15,286 nucleotides of DNA, from the NCBI GenBank assembly GCA_964411615.1, contig CAYPLO010000036.1:1-15286 (forward strand), in the 5' to 3' direction. This DNA comes from an uncultured Aquificales bacterium. Lineage in GTDB: Bacteria; Thermosulfidibacterota; Thermosulfidibacteria; Thermosulfidibacterales; Thermosulfidibacteraceae. Of the stretch, positions 1-7,265 are shown piece by piece. How positions within the stretch are numbered: the first letter of the stretch is position 1; every line of letters begins with the position of its first letter. The notes under the pieces are model-generated. The model searched no databases and was not told the DNA's origin. It worked only from the letters and a program-made list of their open reading frames with translations. Made by a program: the position numbers and the translations under genes.

Positions 1-62
1 GATACCCCATCCACCACAACCCTGGAGCCGAACCTTTTGGTGAGCTCACTTGCCTCCAGCAC
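1..62 (-). CDS. lptB: LPS export ABC transporter ATP-binding protein LptB, 5' fragment (runs off the window edge)
   Basis: Not in the ORF track. Manual translation from GTG at 62 gives MLEASELTKRFGSRVVVDGV, a typical ABC-ATPase/LptB N-terminus. SD AAGGAGG at 72-78 (minus strand). Overlaps the lptA stop in the canonical kdsC-lptC-lptA-lptB order. Alternative GTG at 68. Confidence 0.8.
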   Translation of the reverse strand, partial: MLEASELTKRFGSRVVVDGV

Positions 63-510
63 CCCCACCGGCCTCCTTGGGCAGTATAACCGCCTTCACC
101 TTACCCCCACCCTTAGTCTCCACCACCGTCCTGTCGTCCTTCAGGTAATAGACTATCACATCACCGCTAACCATGTTGCCCCCCTGCCACACCTGGGGGG
201 AACCCTCAAAGACAACCTTATCCTCATCCGCATAGTAGGTCGCCTTTTCAGATGTGACAATCCTCTCGCCTACCCTTACCCTCACATGGCCTGTGGCAAC
301 TATCCTCTGAATCTTCCCCTTCTTGGTAAAGACCCTCATCCTGTCGCAGGTTATCTTCATCCTGTCCCTGACCGCCACCACATCACCCACAAACAGGACC
401 CAGCCTTTCTTGTTGTCAGCCTCAAGCCTCTTGGCCTCAATCACAACGGGGGAAGATGCCCAGGCAGAGAGTGAGAATAGAAGAAGAACCAGAGCCGGTA
501 TCACCCTCAT
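46..510 (-). CDS. lptA: LPS transport periplasmic protein LptA (OstA family)
   Basis: Signal peptide (MRVIPALVLLLFSLSAWA). OstA-like beta-jellyroll motifs (IEAKRLE, FVGDV, ATGHV, SGDVIVY). ATGA overlap with lptC and matching synteny. Confidence 0.9.
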   Translation of the reverse strand: MRVIPALVLLLFSLSAWASSPVVIEAKRLEADNKKGWVLFVGDVVAVRDRMKITCDRMRVFTKKGKIQRIVATGHVRVRVGERIVTSEKATYYADEDKVVFEGSPQVWQGGNMVSGDVIVYYLKDDRTVVETKGGGKVKAVILPKEAGGGAGGK

Positions 511-1034
511 CTCATCACCACCTTATCAAGTCTCTCAACCACAACCCTCTCCTCGGACGGGAAGAAGCAGAGGTCCCTCCCCCACACCTTATACCTGCCA
601 CGAAACACAAAGGGACCTGTGATGCAGGCCCTCCTGTCCCTCTCATACCAGACGAGCTCCCCACCCTTAACAACCCAGCCTCTGCCCTTCACCACCACAT
701 TCCCCCTCAACAAGCCCATCCTCTTATCCCTGAAGTAGGTGCCTTTATCGCCCGAAATCTCCACCCTCTCCCCTCTGCTTGGAATGTACACGAGCTTCAC
801 ATCCTCAAGCTCAAGGACATTGCCACTGACCTTGGAGAATCTGGACTCAAGCCTCCACCTGTCCCCCTTGGAGTCTGAGGAGACGAGGGATATCTCACCG
901 GCGCTTCCGTGCCCCTCCACCCTAACCTTGGAAAGGCCCCTGAGGACACTGTAAACCTTGGTACCCTTCACCACAGCGACCGCAACAAGGACCACAAGGG
1001 CGAGAGAGGCCGAAATAAGAAAAAACCTCCTCAC
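507..1034 (-). CDS. lptC: LPS export ABC transporter periplasmic protein LptC
   Basis: Single N-terminal TM helix followed by a beta-rich domain (WRLES, ISGDKG, LRGNVVV). Lies between kdsC and lptA, with a GTGA overlap with kdsC. Confidence 0.8.
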   Translation of the reverse strand: MRRFFLISASLALVVLVAVAVVKGTKVYSVLRGLSKVRVEGHGSAGEISLVSSDSKGDRWRLESRFSKVSGNVLELEDVKLVYIPSRGERVEISGDKGTYFRDKRMGLLRGNVVVKGRGWVVKGGELVWYERDRRACITGPFVFRGRYKVWGRDLCFFPSEERVVVERLDKVVMR

Positions 1035-1546
1035 CTCCTATACCTCTCCATAACCTCATCCCACCTGCCGTGGGCCTTTATAATCATCTCCGCCACCTCC
1101 CTAACGGCACCCTTTCCCCCAGGGGCAGAGGTAACGTAATGGGCAACCGCCCTCACATCGGGATGGGCATCGGCAACGGCCACCGCAAACCCCACCCTCC
1201 TCATTATGGGCATATCCACCACATCGTCCCCTATGTAGCAGATGGCCTCATCGGAAAGACCGGTGAGCTCTTTTAGACGCTCATAAACCTCAAGCTTGTT
1301 GTGGGCCCCCTGAAACACATATGGGATGGACAGCTCCTTGGCCCTCCTCTCCACCACCTTTGAAGTTCTGCCGGTTATTATGGCAGTCTTAACCCCTATG
1401 CGATGGAGCATAACAAGACCATGTCCATCCCTCACGTTGAAGAACTTCCACTCGTTCCCCTCCTCATCCAGAACAATCCTCCCATCGGTCATGACTCCGT
1501 CCACATCCATAACGAGCAGCTTAACCCGGGCCAGCCTCTCGTCCAT
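1031..1546 (-). CDS. kdsC: 3-deoxy-D-manno-octulosonate 8-phosphate phosphatase (HAD, YrbI family)
   Basis: HAD motifs DVDGVMTDG, FNVRDGHG, IITGR, YIGDDVVD and GGKGAVRE. Sits upstream of lptCAB. Confidence 0.95.
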   Translation of the reverse strand: MDERLARVKLLVMDVDGVMTDGRIVLDEEGNEWKFFNVRDGHGLVMLHRIGVKTAIITGRTSKVVERRAKELSIPYVFQGAHNKLEVYERLKELTGLSDEAICYIGDDVVDMPIMRRVGFAVAVADAHPDVRAVAHYVTSAPGGKGAVREVAEMIIKAHGRWDEVMERYRR

Positions 1547-1568
1547 ATTTACTTATCCCCCTACCAGG

Positions 1569-1574
1569 TATAAT
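1569..1574 (+). promoter_or_regulatory. Putative sigma70 -10 box for the nucleotidyltransferase-mqn operon
   Basis: Perfect TATAAT in the 38-bp divergent intergenic gap, 10 nt before ATG 1585. No convincing -35 at 17-bp spacing. Confidence 0.5.
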
Positions 1575-1584
1575 TAGCTCCACC

Positions 1585-2988
1585 ATGGAGTATACCCATA
1601 TTGAGCCCATAAGAAAACTGCTGGCAAGGTGCTCCCAGGTCTACATAGTGGGAGGCACCGTAAGGGACCACCTCCTGGGCCTTAAGTGCACCGACATAGA
1701 TGTGGTTATAGACAGAGACCCCAAGGAGGTGCTGGAGGGCAGGTTCTTCCCCTTAGACCAGGAGAGAGGAATATACAGGTTGCTATACGAAGAACTGACG
1801 GTGGACGTCTCAAGGATGCAGGGGGAGACCATAACCGAAGACCTGAAGAGAAGGGACTACACCATAAACGCCATAGGATACAACCCGAAGGAGGGAAGGC
1901 TCATAGACCCCACAGGCGGGATAGAGGACCTGAAATCGGGGATACTGAGAATGGTATCCGAAGTGAACCTCCAGAGGGACCCGGTCAGGCTCATGAGGGG
2001 GGTTAGGCTATGGCTGCACCTGCCGGTGAGGCTACACAGGGAGACGGTCAGGGCCATGGCCAGAAACGCACACCTTGTAAGGCTCAGTGCCCCTGAGAGA
2101 ATCAAGGAGGAGCTCTCCAAGGTGGTCTCCCATCCCCTATCGTTCAAGGCTGTGCAACTCATGAAGAGAACAGGGCTTCTACAGGAGATATTCACGCCCC
2201 TGAAGGAATGTACGGGCCTCTTCCAGGGCAAGTTCTACGGATGCGACCTGCTGGAGCATCTGGTGTACTGCTACGGGTGTGCTGAAAGACTGACAAGTTT
2301 CGTGCACCACTTTATGCCCTACGAAGAGGTGAAAGAGGCACTGGATAAGGAGACGGAAAAGGGGATAAAGAAGAAGCACCTTTTGAAGATAGCTGCACTG
2401 CTTCACGATGTGGGAAAGCCCCAGACCTTCAAGATAAGGGACGATGAGTACACCTTCTGGGGGCACGACAGGGAAGGAGCCTCAATGGCGAAGGAAGCCA
2501 TGGAAGCCCTGAGATTCTCATCAAAGAGTTCAGAAACGGTGGCAAGGCTTGTGGAGAACCACATGAGGCTGCATCTTCTGGCAAGGGCCGGTGAGATAAC
2601 CCCCAAGGCCAAGGGGCGCTTCTTCCGCAAACTGGGAGAGGACGGGGTGCTAACGGTGCTGCTCTCCTTAGCAGACTCCCTGTCAAGCTCAGGGGACTTG
2701 GGATTCTTCTACCTCATGCCCTACGCAGAGGAGATGGTGGAGTTCTACAGGGAGATGCTGAAAGAGAGCAAGCTACAGAGGCCTCTCCTTTCGGGATACG
2801 AGGTGATGGAGATACTGGGCATAGAACCATCCCCCCTTGTGGGTAAAGTGCTCAACCATCTTTTAGAGGCCCAGACGGAGGGTATAATAAAGAGTAAGGA
2901 GGAGGCCATAAAATTCGTCAGGGAGGTCTACGGAGATGGAGGAGATTCTGTTCACCAAGGAACATACATGGGCCAGAATAGAGGATGA
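1585..2988 (+). CDS. Class II tRNA nucleotidyltransferase with HD domain, probably CC-adding type
   Basis: Motif A GGTVRD...DID, motif B EDLKRRDYTINA, motif D RDPVRLMR, motif E SAPERIKEEL. HD domain EH...LLHDVGK...GHD...NHM...AD. C-terminal LSGYEVM..LGI.PSP.VG. Confidence 0.88.
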   Translation: MEYTHIEPIRKLLARCSQVYIVGGTVRDHLLGLKCTDIDVVIDRDPKEVLEGRFFPLDQERGIYRLLYEELTVDVSRMQGETITEDLKRRDYTINAIGYNPKEGRLIDPTGGIEDLKSGILRMVSEVNLQRDPVRLMRGVRLWLHLPVRLHRETVRAMARNAHLVRLSAPERIKEELSKVVSHPLSFKAVQLMKRTGLLQEIFTPLKECTGLFQGKFYGCDLLEHLVYCYGCAERLTSFVHHFMPYEEVKEALDKETEKGIKKKHLLKIAALLHDVGKPQTFKIRDDEYTFWGHDREGASMAKEAMEALRFSSKSSETVARLVENHMRLHLLARAGEITPKAKGRFFRKLGEDGVLTVLLSLADSLSSSGDLGFFYLMPYAEEMVEFYREMLKESKLQRPLLSGYEVMEILGIEPSPLVGKVLNHLLEAQTEGIIKSKEEAIKFVREVYGDGGDSVHQGTYMGQNRG

Positions 2989-3340
2989 GGATACGGTGAC
3001 CATAGGGATATCCGACTTCGCAGTGGAGGAGCTGGGGGAGATAACCTACGTTGAGCTGCCATCCATAGGGGATGAGGTGTCCCAGATGGAGGTGATAGGC
3101 TCTGTGGAATCCCTGAGGGAGACCATGGAGATATACTCACCGGTAAGCGGAGAGGTGGTTGAGGTGAACGAGATGCTCATAGACAACCCATCGCTGTTGA
3201 ACGAGGACCCCTACGGAGACGGATGGATAGCCATAATACGCATGAGCGACCCGGATGAGCTTCAAAGACTCAGCCCAAGGGAGGAGTACGAACAGTACAT
3301 AGAGAGCATCATGAGCGACTACAACGAGGACGAGGAGTGA
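2936..3340 (+). CDS. Glycine cleavage H-protein (GcvH)-like protein lacking the lipoyl-lysine
   Basis: Full H-protein pattern FTKEHTW, IGISDFA, LGEITYVELP, IYSPVSGEVVEVN, NEDPYGDGWI. The lipoyl motif reads ESLR instead of ESVK. SD-like GGGAGG/GGAG upstream. 53-nt overlap with the upstream gene. Confidence 0.9.
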   Translation: MEEILFTKEHTWARIEDEDTVTIGISDFAVEELGEITYVELPSIGDEVSQMEVIGSVESLRETMEIYSPVSGEVVEVNEMLIDNPSLLNEDPYGDGWIAIIRMSDPDELQRLSPREEYEQYIESIMSDYNEDEE

Positions 3341-3349
3341 TACTCCTTG
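3331..3349 (+). promoter_or_regulatory. Predicted RBS/start-codon-sequestering mRNA hairpin (translational coupling element)
   Basis: CGAGGAGU-GAU-ACUCCUUG: 8-bp stem (one G-U pair) and 3-nt loop. Contains SD GAGGAG, the upstream UGA stop and the downstream UUG start. Confidence 0.55.
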
Positions 3350-4276
3350 GAGCTGAAACTCCACCCGGAGCTTGTGAAGAGGTGGGAGGCCATATTCGGC
3401 TCCGAGCTTGGACAGTTCCTTGAAGCCATAAAGGAGCCCATAACCCCAAGCATAAGGGTTAACACGCTTAAGGTAGAGGTGGAGTTCTTTCTGGAGCTCT
3501 TCTCAAGATACAGACTGACCCCCATCCCATGGTGCAAAGAGGGATTCTGGGTTGAGGGAGCCGAGGAGGAGAGCCTGGGAAACACTTGGGAGCACTTCGC
3601 AGGCCTCTTCTACATACAGGAGGCATCCTCCATGATACCCCCCGAGGTGATGGAGCTGGAGGAGGGCCACAGGGTGCTTGACGTTGCAGCGGCTCCGGGC
3701 TCCAAGACCACGCAGATGGCCCAGAAGATGAAAAACAGAGGACTCATCGTGGCAAACGATGTGAGTGTGAGAAGGATAAAGGCCCTGAGGAACAACTTGG
3801 AGAGGATGGGGGTGGTGAACGCCTGTGTTACCCAGATGGACGGGAGGAGGTTCGGAAGGCTGGCGCCAGAGACCTTTGACAGGGTGCTTGTGGATGCCCC
3901 CTGTTCCGCAGAGGGCACCATAAGAAAGAGCTATAAGGCTGCCCTCAACTGGAAGCCGTGGATATACAGGAAGCTGGCAGAGACCCAGAGGATGCTTCTG
4001 GTCTCGGCGTACAAGGCCGCAAAAACCGGAGGCATAATCGTATACTCCACCTGCACCTTCGCCCCCGAGGAGAACGAAGGGGTGGTCTCATACCTTCTGG
4101 AGAGGTACAGGGTAAAGACCGAGCCCATAGCCCTTGAGGGGCTGAAGACGGACCCGGCCATAACGGAATGGGAAGGCGAAAAATTCCATCCTGATGTGAA
4201 GAACTGCATACGGGTATATCCCCATAAAAACAGGGTGGGGGGATTCTTCGTGGCAAAGATGAGGAAGATGGAATGA
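3347..4276 (+). CDS. RsmF/NOL1/NOP2/Sun-family RNA cytosine-C5 methyltransferase (catalytic core only)
   Basis: [22 protein letters not shown]-binding [13 protein letters not shown], motif IV DAPCS, motif VI YSTCT, terminal GFFVAK. TTG start with SD GAGGAG 9 nt upstream. Confidence 0.92.
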   Translation: MELKLHPELVKRWEAIFGSELGQFLEAIKEPITPSIRVNTLKVEVEFFLELFSRYRLTPIPWCKEGFWVEGAEEESLGNTWEHFAGLFYIQEASSMIPPEVMELEEGHRVLDVAAAPGSKTTQMAQKMKNRGLIVANDVSVRRIKALRNNLERMGVVNACVTQMDGRRFGRLAPETFDRVLVDAPCSAEGTIRKSYKAALNWKPWIYRKLAETQRMLLVSAYKAAKTGGIIVYSTCTFAPEENEGVVSYLLERYRVKTEPIALEGLKTDPAITEWEGEKFHPDVKNCIRVYPHKNRVGGFFVAKMRKME

Positions 4277-5361
4277 TGGTGGAGGACCAGAAGCTCACAG
4301 AAATCTTGGAGAGGCTCATGAAGGGCACTCCCCCCTCCTTTGAGGAGGGGCTGATGCTCTACCGCACCCAGGACCTGCTGGGCCTGGGGTATGTGGCCAA
4401 CACCTACGCCGAACACCTCCACGGAAAGAGGGTGTTTTTCGTAGTTAACAGACACATAAACCCGACGAACTACTGCGTGAACAAGTGTGCATTCTGCGCC
4501 TTCTCCAGGTCCCCCGGTGATGAGGGAGGCTACCAGTACTCCATTGAGGAGATGCTGCAGAAGGCCCAGAGGGCCGTTGAAGAGGGGGCCAGGGAGCTTC
4601 ACATAGTGAGCGGACTCCATCCCCAGTGGAGCTACGAGTACTACCTTGAGATAGTCAGACAGCTCAAATACCACTTCCCCCATGTCCATATAAAGGCCTA
4701 CACCGCCGTTGAGATAGAGCACTTCAGCAGGATATCGGGCAAGAGCGTGGAAGAGGTGCTATCCGAACTGAAAGAGGCAGGTTTAGACTCCATGCCTGGT
4801 GGAGGAGCCGAGATACTCAACAGCAGGGTCAGGGAGAAGCTCTGTCCCCAGAAGACCAGCTGGCAGATGTGGCTGAAGATTCACGAGACCGCCCACAGAC
4901 TGGGCATAAAGACCAACTGCACCATGCTGTTCGGCCACATAGAGAGCATTGAGGAGAGGCTGGAGCACCTGATAAAACTGAGGGAACTGCAGGAGAGAAC
5001 AGGTGGATTCCAGGCCTTCATACCCTTAGTATTCCACCCCAAGAACACCAAGATAAAGGTGAAAAAGACCACCGGGGTGGACATACTGAAGACCATCGCC
5101 GTATCAAGGCTCATGCTTTACAACATCCCCCACGTAAAGGCCTACTGGGTGATGCTGGGTGAGGGCATAGCCCAGATAGCCCTCAACTTCGGTGCCAGCG
5201 ACCTTGAGGGCACCGTCTTTGAGGAGAAGATAACCCACGCAGCAGGGGCAGAGTCCCCCCAGGGACTCACAAAGAGCAGGATACTGAAACTGATAAGGGA
5301 TGCGGGGAAGATACCTGTGGAGAGGGACGCCCTCTACAACACGGTGAGGGTGTATGCTTAG
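4273..5361 (+). CDS. mqnE: Aminofutalosine (aminodeoxyfutalosine) synthase, radical SAM
   Basis: CxxxCxxC (CVNKCAFC), ELHIVSG, PGGGAEI, TMLFGH, and MqnE-type HVKAYW and [10 protein letters not shown]. Adjacent to mqnA and mqnC. Confidence 0.9.
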   Translation: MMVEDQKLTEILERLMKGTPPSFEEGLMLYRTQDLLGLGYVANTYAEHLHGKRVFFVVNRHINPTNYCVNKCAFCAFSRSPGDEGGYQYSIEEMLQKAQRAVEEGARELHIVSGLHPQWSYEYYLEIVRQLKYHFPHVHIKAYTAVEIEHFSRISGKSVEEVLSELKEAGLDSMPGGGAEILNSRVREKLCPQKTSWQMWLKIHETAHRLGIKTNCTMLFGHIESIEERLEHLIKLRELQERTGGFQAFIPLVFHPKNTKIKVKKTTGVDILKTIAVSRLMLYNIPHVKAYWVMLGEGIAQIALNFGASDLEGTVFEEKITHAAGAESPQGLTKSRILKLIRDAGKIPVERDALYNTVRVYA

Positions 5362-6178
5362 GCTGGGAATCATATCGTACCTCAACACGCTGCCCGTGTA
5401 CTACGCCATAGAGAAGGGGCTGGTCAGTCTTCCACCAGAGGTGGAGGTGGTGAAGGGGGTCCCCTCAACCCTCAACAGGCTCCTGGCCAAGGGAGAGCTT
5501 GACATCGCTGTGGTCTCTGCCTTTGAGTACGCCAAGCACTACAGGCGGTATCTCATACTTCCGGACCTCTGCATAGGAGCCCAGAGGGAGGTGATGAGTG
5601 TCCTCTTCTTCTCAACCGTGCCCATCCAAGAGCTACACCAGAAGGAGGTGTATCTGACCAAGGCGTCCCTCACCTCAAAGAACCTTCTCATTCATCTATT
5701 CAGGCGCATGGGAATTGAGCCCATCTACAGGGAGTTCAGTATGGAGGATGGCATCCCAGAAAACGACTACATGGGGATACTTCTCATAGGAGACGACGCG
5801 TTAAGGATGCTCTCCAGAAACCGATTCAGGCACGTGTATGATTTGGCAAGGCTGTGGAACGAAAGGTACCATACCCCCTTCGTCTTCGCCCTGTGGTGCA
5901 CAAGACGGGAGGCATACAGGGGAAATCCCCGGCTGGTTGAAGAGTGCTGGAGAACACTTGTGCGTTCCAGAGAGATAAGCCACAGACTCTACAGAAGGAT
6001 AGCGGAGGAGAAGGCGGCGGAGCTTGGCCTTGGTATAAAGGAGTGCCTGAGATACCTGAACACCCTCAACTTCAGGCTGACCAGGGACTACATAAAGGGC
6101 TTGAGTATCTACTTTGAGAAGATGTACCAGGAGGGACTGCTGGATGAACGCCCCCAACTGCAGTTTGCCTTCCATTGA
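5354..6178 (+). CDS. mqnA: Chorismate dehydratase (futalosine pathway)
   Basis: [40 protein letters not shown] motifs. Lies between two Mqn radical-SAM genes. Confidence 0.9.
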   Translation: MLRLGIISYLNTLPVYYAIEKGLVSLPPEVEVVKGVPSTLNRLLAKGELDIAVVSAFEYAKHYRRYLILPDLCIGAQREVMSVLFFSTVPIQELHQKEVYLTKASLTSKNLLIHLFRRMGIEPIYREFSMEDGIPENDYMGILLIGDDALRMLSRNRFRHVYDLARLWNERYHTPFVFALWCTRREAYRGNPRLVEECWRTLVRSREISHRLYRRIAEEKAAELGLGIKECLRYLNTLNFRLTRDYIKGLSIYFEKMYQEGLLDERPQLQFAFH

Positions 6179-7265
6179 GGAGAAGGTGATAAAAGGCGAG
6201 AGGATAGACGAAGAGGAAGCCCTCACACTGCTGAAGGAGGCTCCCCTTCTCAGGCTGGGAAGGATGGCCCATACGGTCAGAAAGAGACTACACCCGGACA
6301 ATGTGGTCACCTTCCTCATAGACAGGAACATAAACTACACCAACGTGTGTGTGAGCAGATGCAGATTCTGCGCCTTCTGCAGGGACCCCGAAGACCCCGA
6401 TGCCTACGTGATAGACGATGAGACCCTGAAGAGGAAGATAGAAGAGGCCATACATTTAGGAGCCACATCCATCCTGATACAGGGGGGACTCAACCCCGAG
6501 CTCCACCTGGAGTGGATATGCGGAATGCTCAGAAAGATAAAGAGATGGTTCCCCGATATACACATACACGGCCTTTCGGCCCCTGAGATAGTCTTTTACA
6601 GCAGGAGGTCCGGGGTATCCCTGGAAAAAGCCATAGAGATGCTGAAGGATGCGGGACTGGGCTCCATACCCGGAGGGGGGGCGGAGATACTATCGCCGAG
6701 GGTGCGGGAGAGGGTATCCCCCAACAAGTGCACCGTTGATGAGTGGTTCAGTGTCATGGAGATTGCCCACAGAAAGGGGCTTAAGAGCTCTGCGACCATG
6801 ATGTTCGGCCACATGGAGGAGTGGGAAGACGTGGTTGAACACCTCAGCAGGCTCAGGAGACTGCAGGACAGAACGGGAGGATTCACCGCCTTCATCCCCT
6901 GGGCCTTCCAGCCCAAGAACACCCCCATGGAACACATAGAGAAGGCCACCACCGCAACCTACCTCAGGATACTCAGCGTATCCCGCATATTCTTGGACAA
7001 CATCCCCAACATACAGGCCTCATGGGTAACCCAGGGAGGAGATGTGGCCCAGGTGAGCCTCTTCTTCGGGGCCAACGACTTCGGCTCACTCATGATAGAG
7101 GAGAACGTTGTGAAGGCGGCAGGAGTCAGTTACAGGCTGAAGCTTGAGGAGATGGTGAGACTTATAAAAGAGGCGGGATTCATTCCAGTACAGCGCACCA
7201 CCACATACCAGATTATAGGACCTTATAGACCACCATCACAGGGAAGTTGTCGTAAACGAGCTTGA
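6144..7265 (+). CDS. mqnC: Cyclic dehypoxanthine futalosine synthase, radical SAM
   Basis: [38 protein letters not shown], and MqnC-type IQASWVTQG and EENVV. Start moved from 6114 to ATG 6144 (SD AGGAGG at 6129-6134); TTG 6165 is an alternative. Confidence 0.92.
   Translation: MNAPNCSLPSIEEKVIKGERIDEEEALTLLKEAPLLRLGRMAHTVRKRLHPDNVVTFLIDRNINYTNVCVSRCRFCAFCRDPEDPDAYVIDDETLKRKIEEAIHLGATSILIQGGLNPELHLEWICGMLRKIKRWFPDIHIHGLSAPEIVFYSRRSGVSLEKAIEMLKDAGLGSIPGGGAEILSPRVRERVSPNKCTVDEWFSVMEIAHRKGLKSSATMMFGHMEEWEDVVEHLSRLRRLQDRTGGFTAFIPWAFQPKNTPMEHIEKATTATYLRILSVSRIFLDNIPNIQASWVTQGGDVAQVSLFFGANDFGSLMIEENVVKAAGVSYRLKLEEMVRLIKEAGFIPVQRTTTYQIIGPYRPPSQGSCRKRA

Noticed and set aside
3338..3363. Selenocysteine recoding of the in-frame UGA with a downstream hairpin as SECIS
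   Set aside because: The UGA follows an acidic tail at the normal end of an H-protein, not a catalytic Cys position. The hairpin is only 5 bp, and the downstream gene has its own SD and start.
3931..4722. 263-aa antisense ORF, plus other long shadow ORFs (37..474, 456..878, 5801..6331, 12213..12842, 13793..14317)
   Set aside because: They lie opposite well-supported genes, show no recognisable motifs, and have the composition expected of antisense shadows of purine-rich coding strands.
4273..7265. The two radical-SAM genes as a recent duplication or as CofH/F420 synthesis genes
   Set aside because: The shared motifs (PGGGAEI, TGGF.AFIP) are family-wide. Diagnostic C-terminal motifs and the intervening mqnA identify them as the ordinary paralogues MqnE and MqnC.
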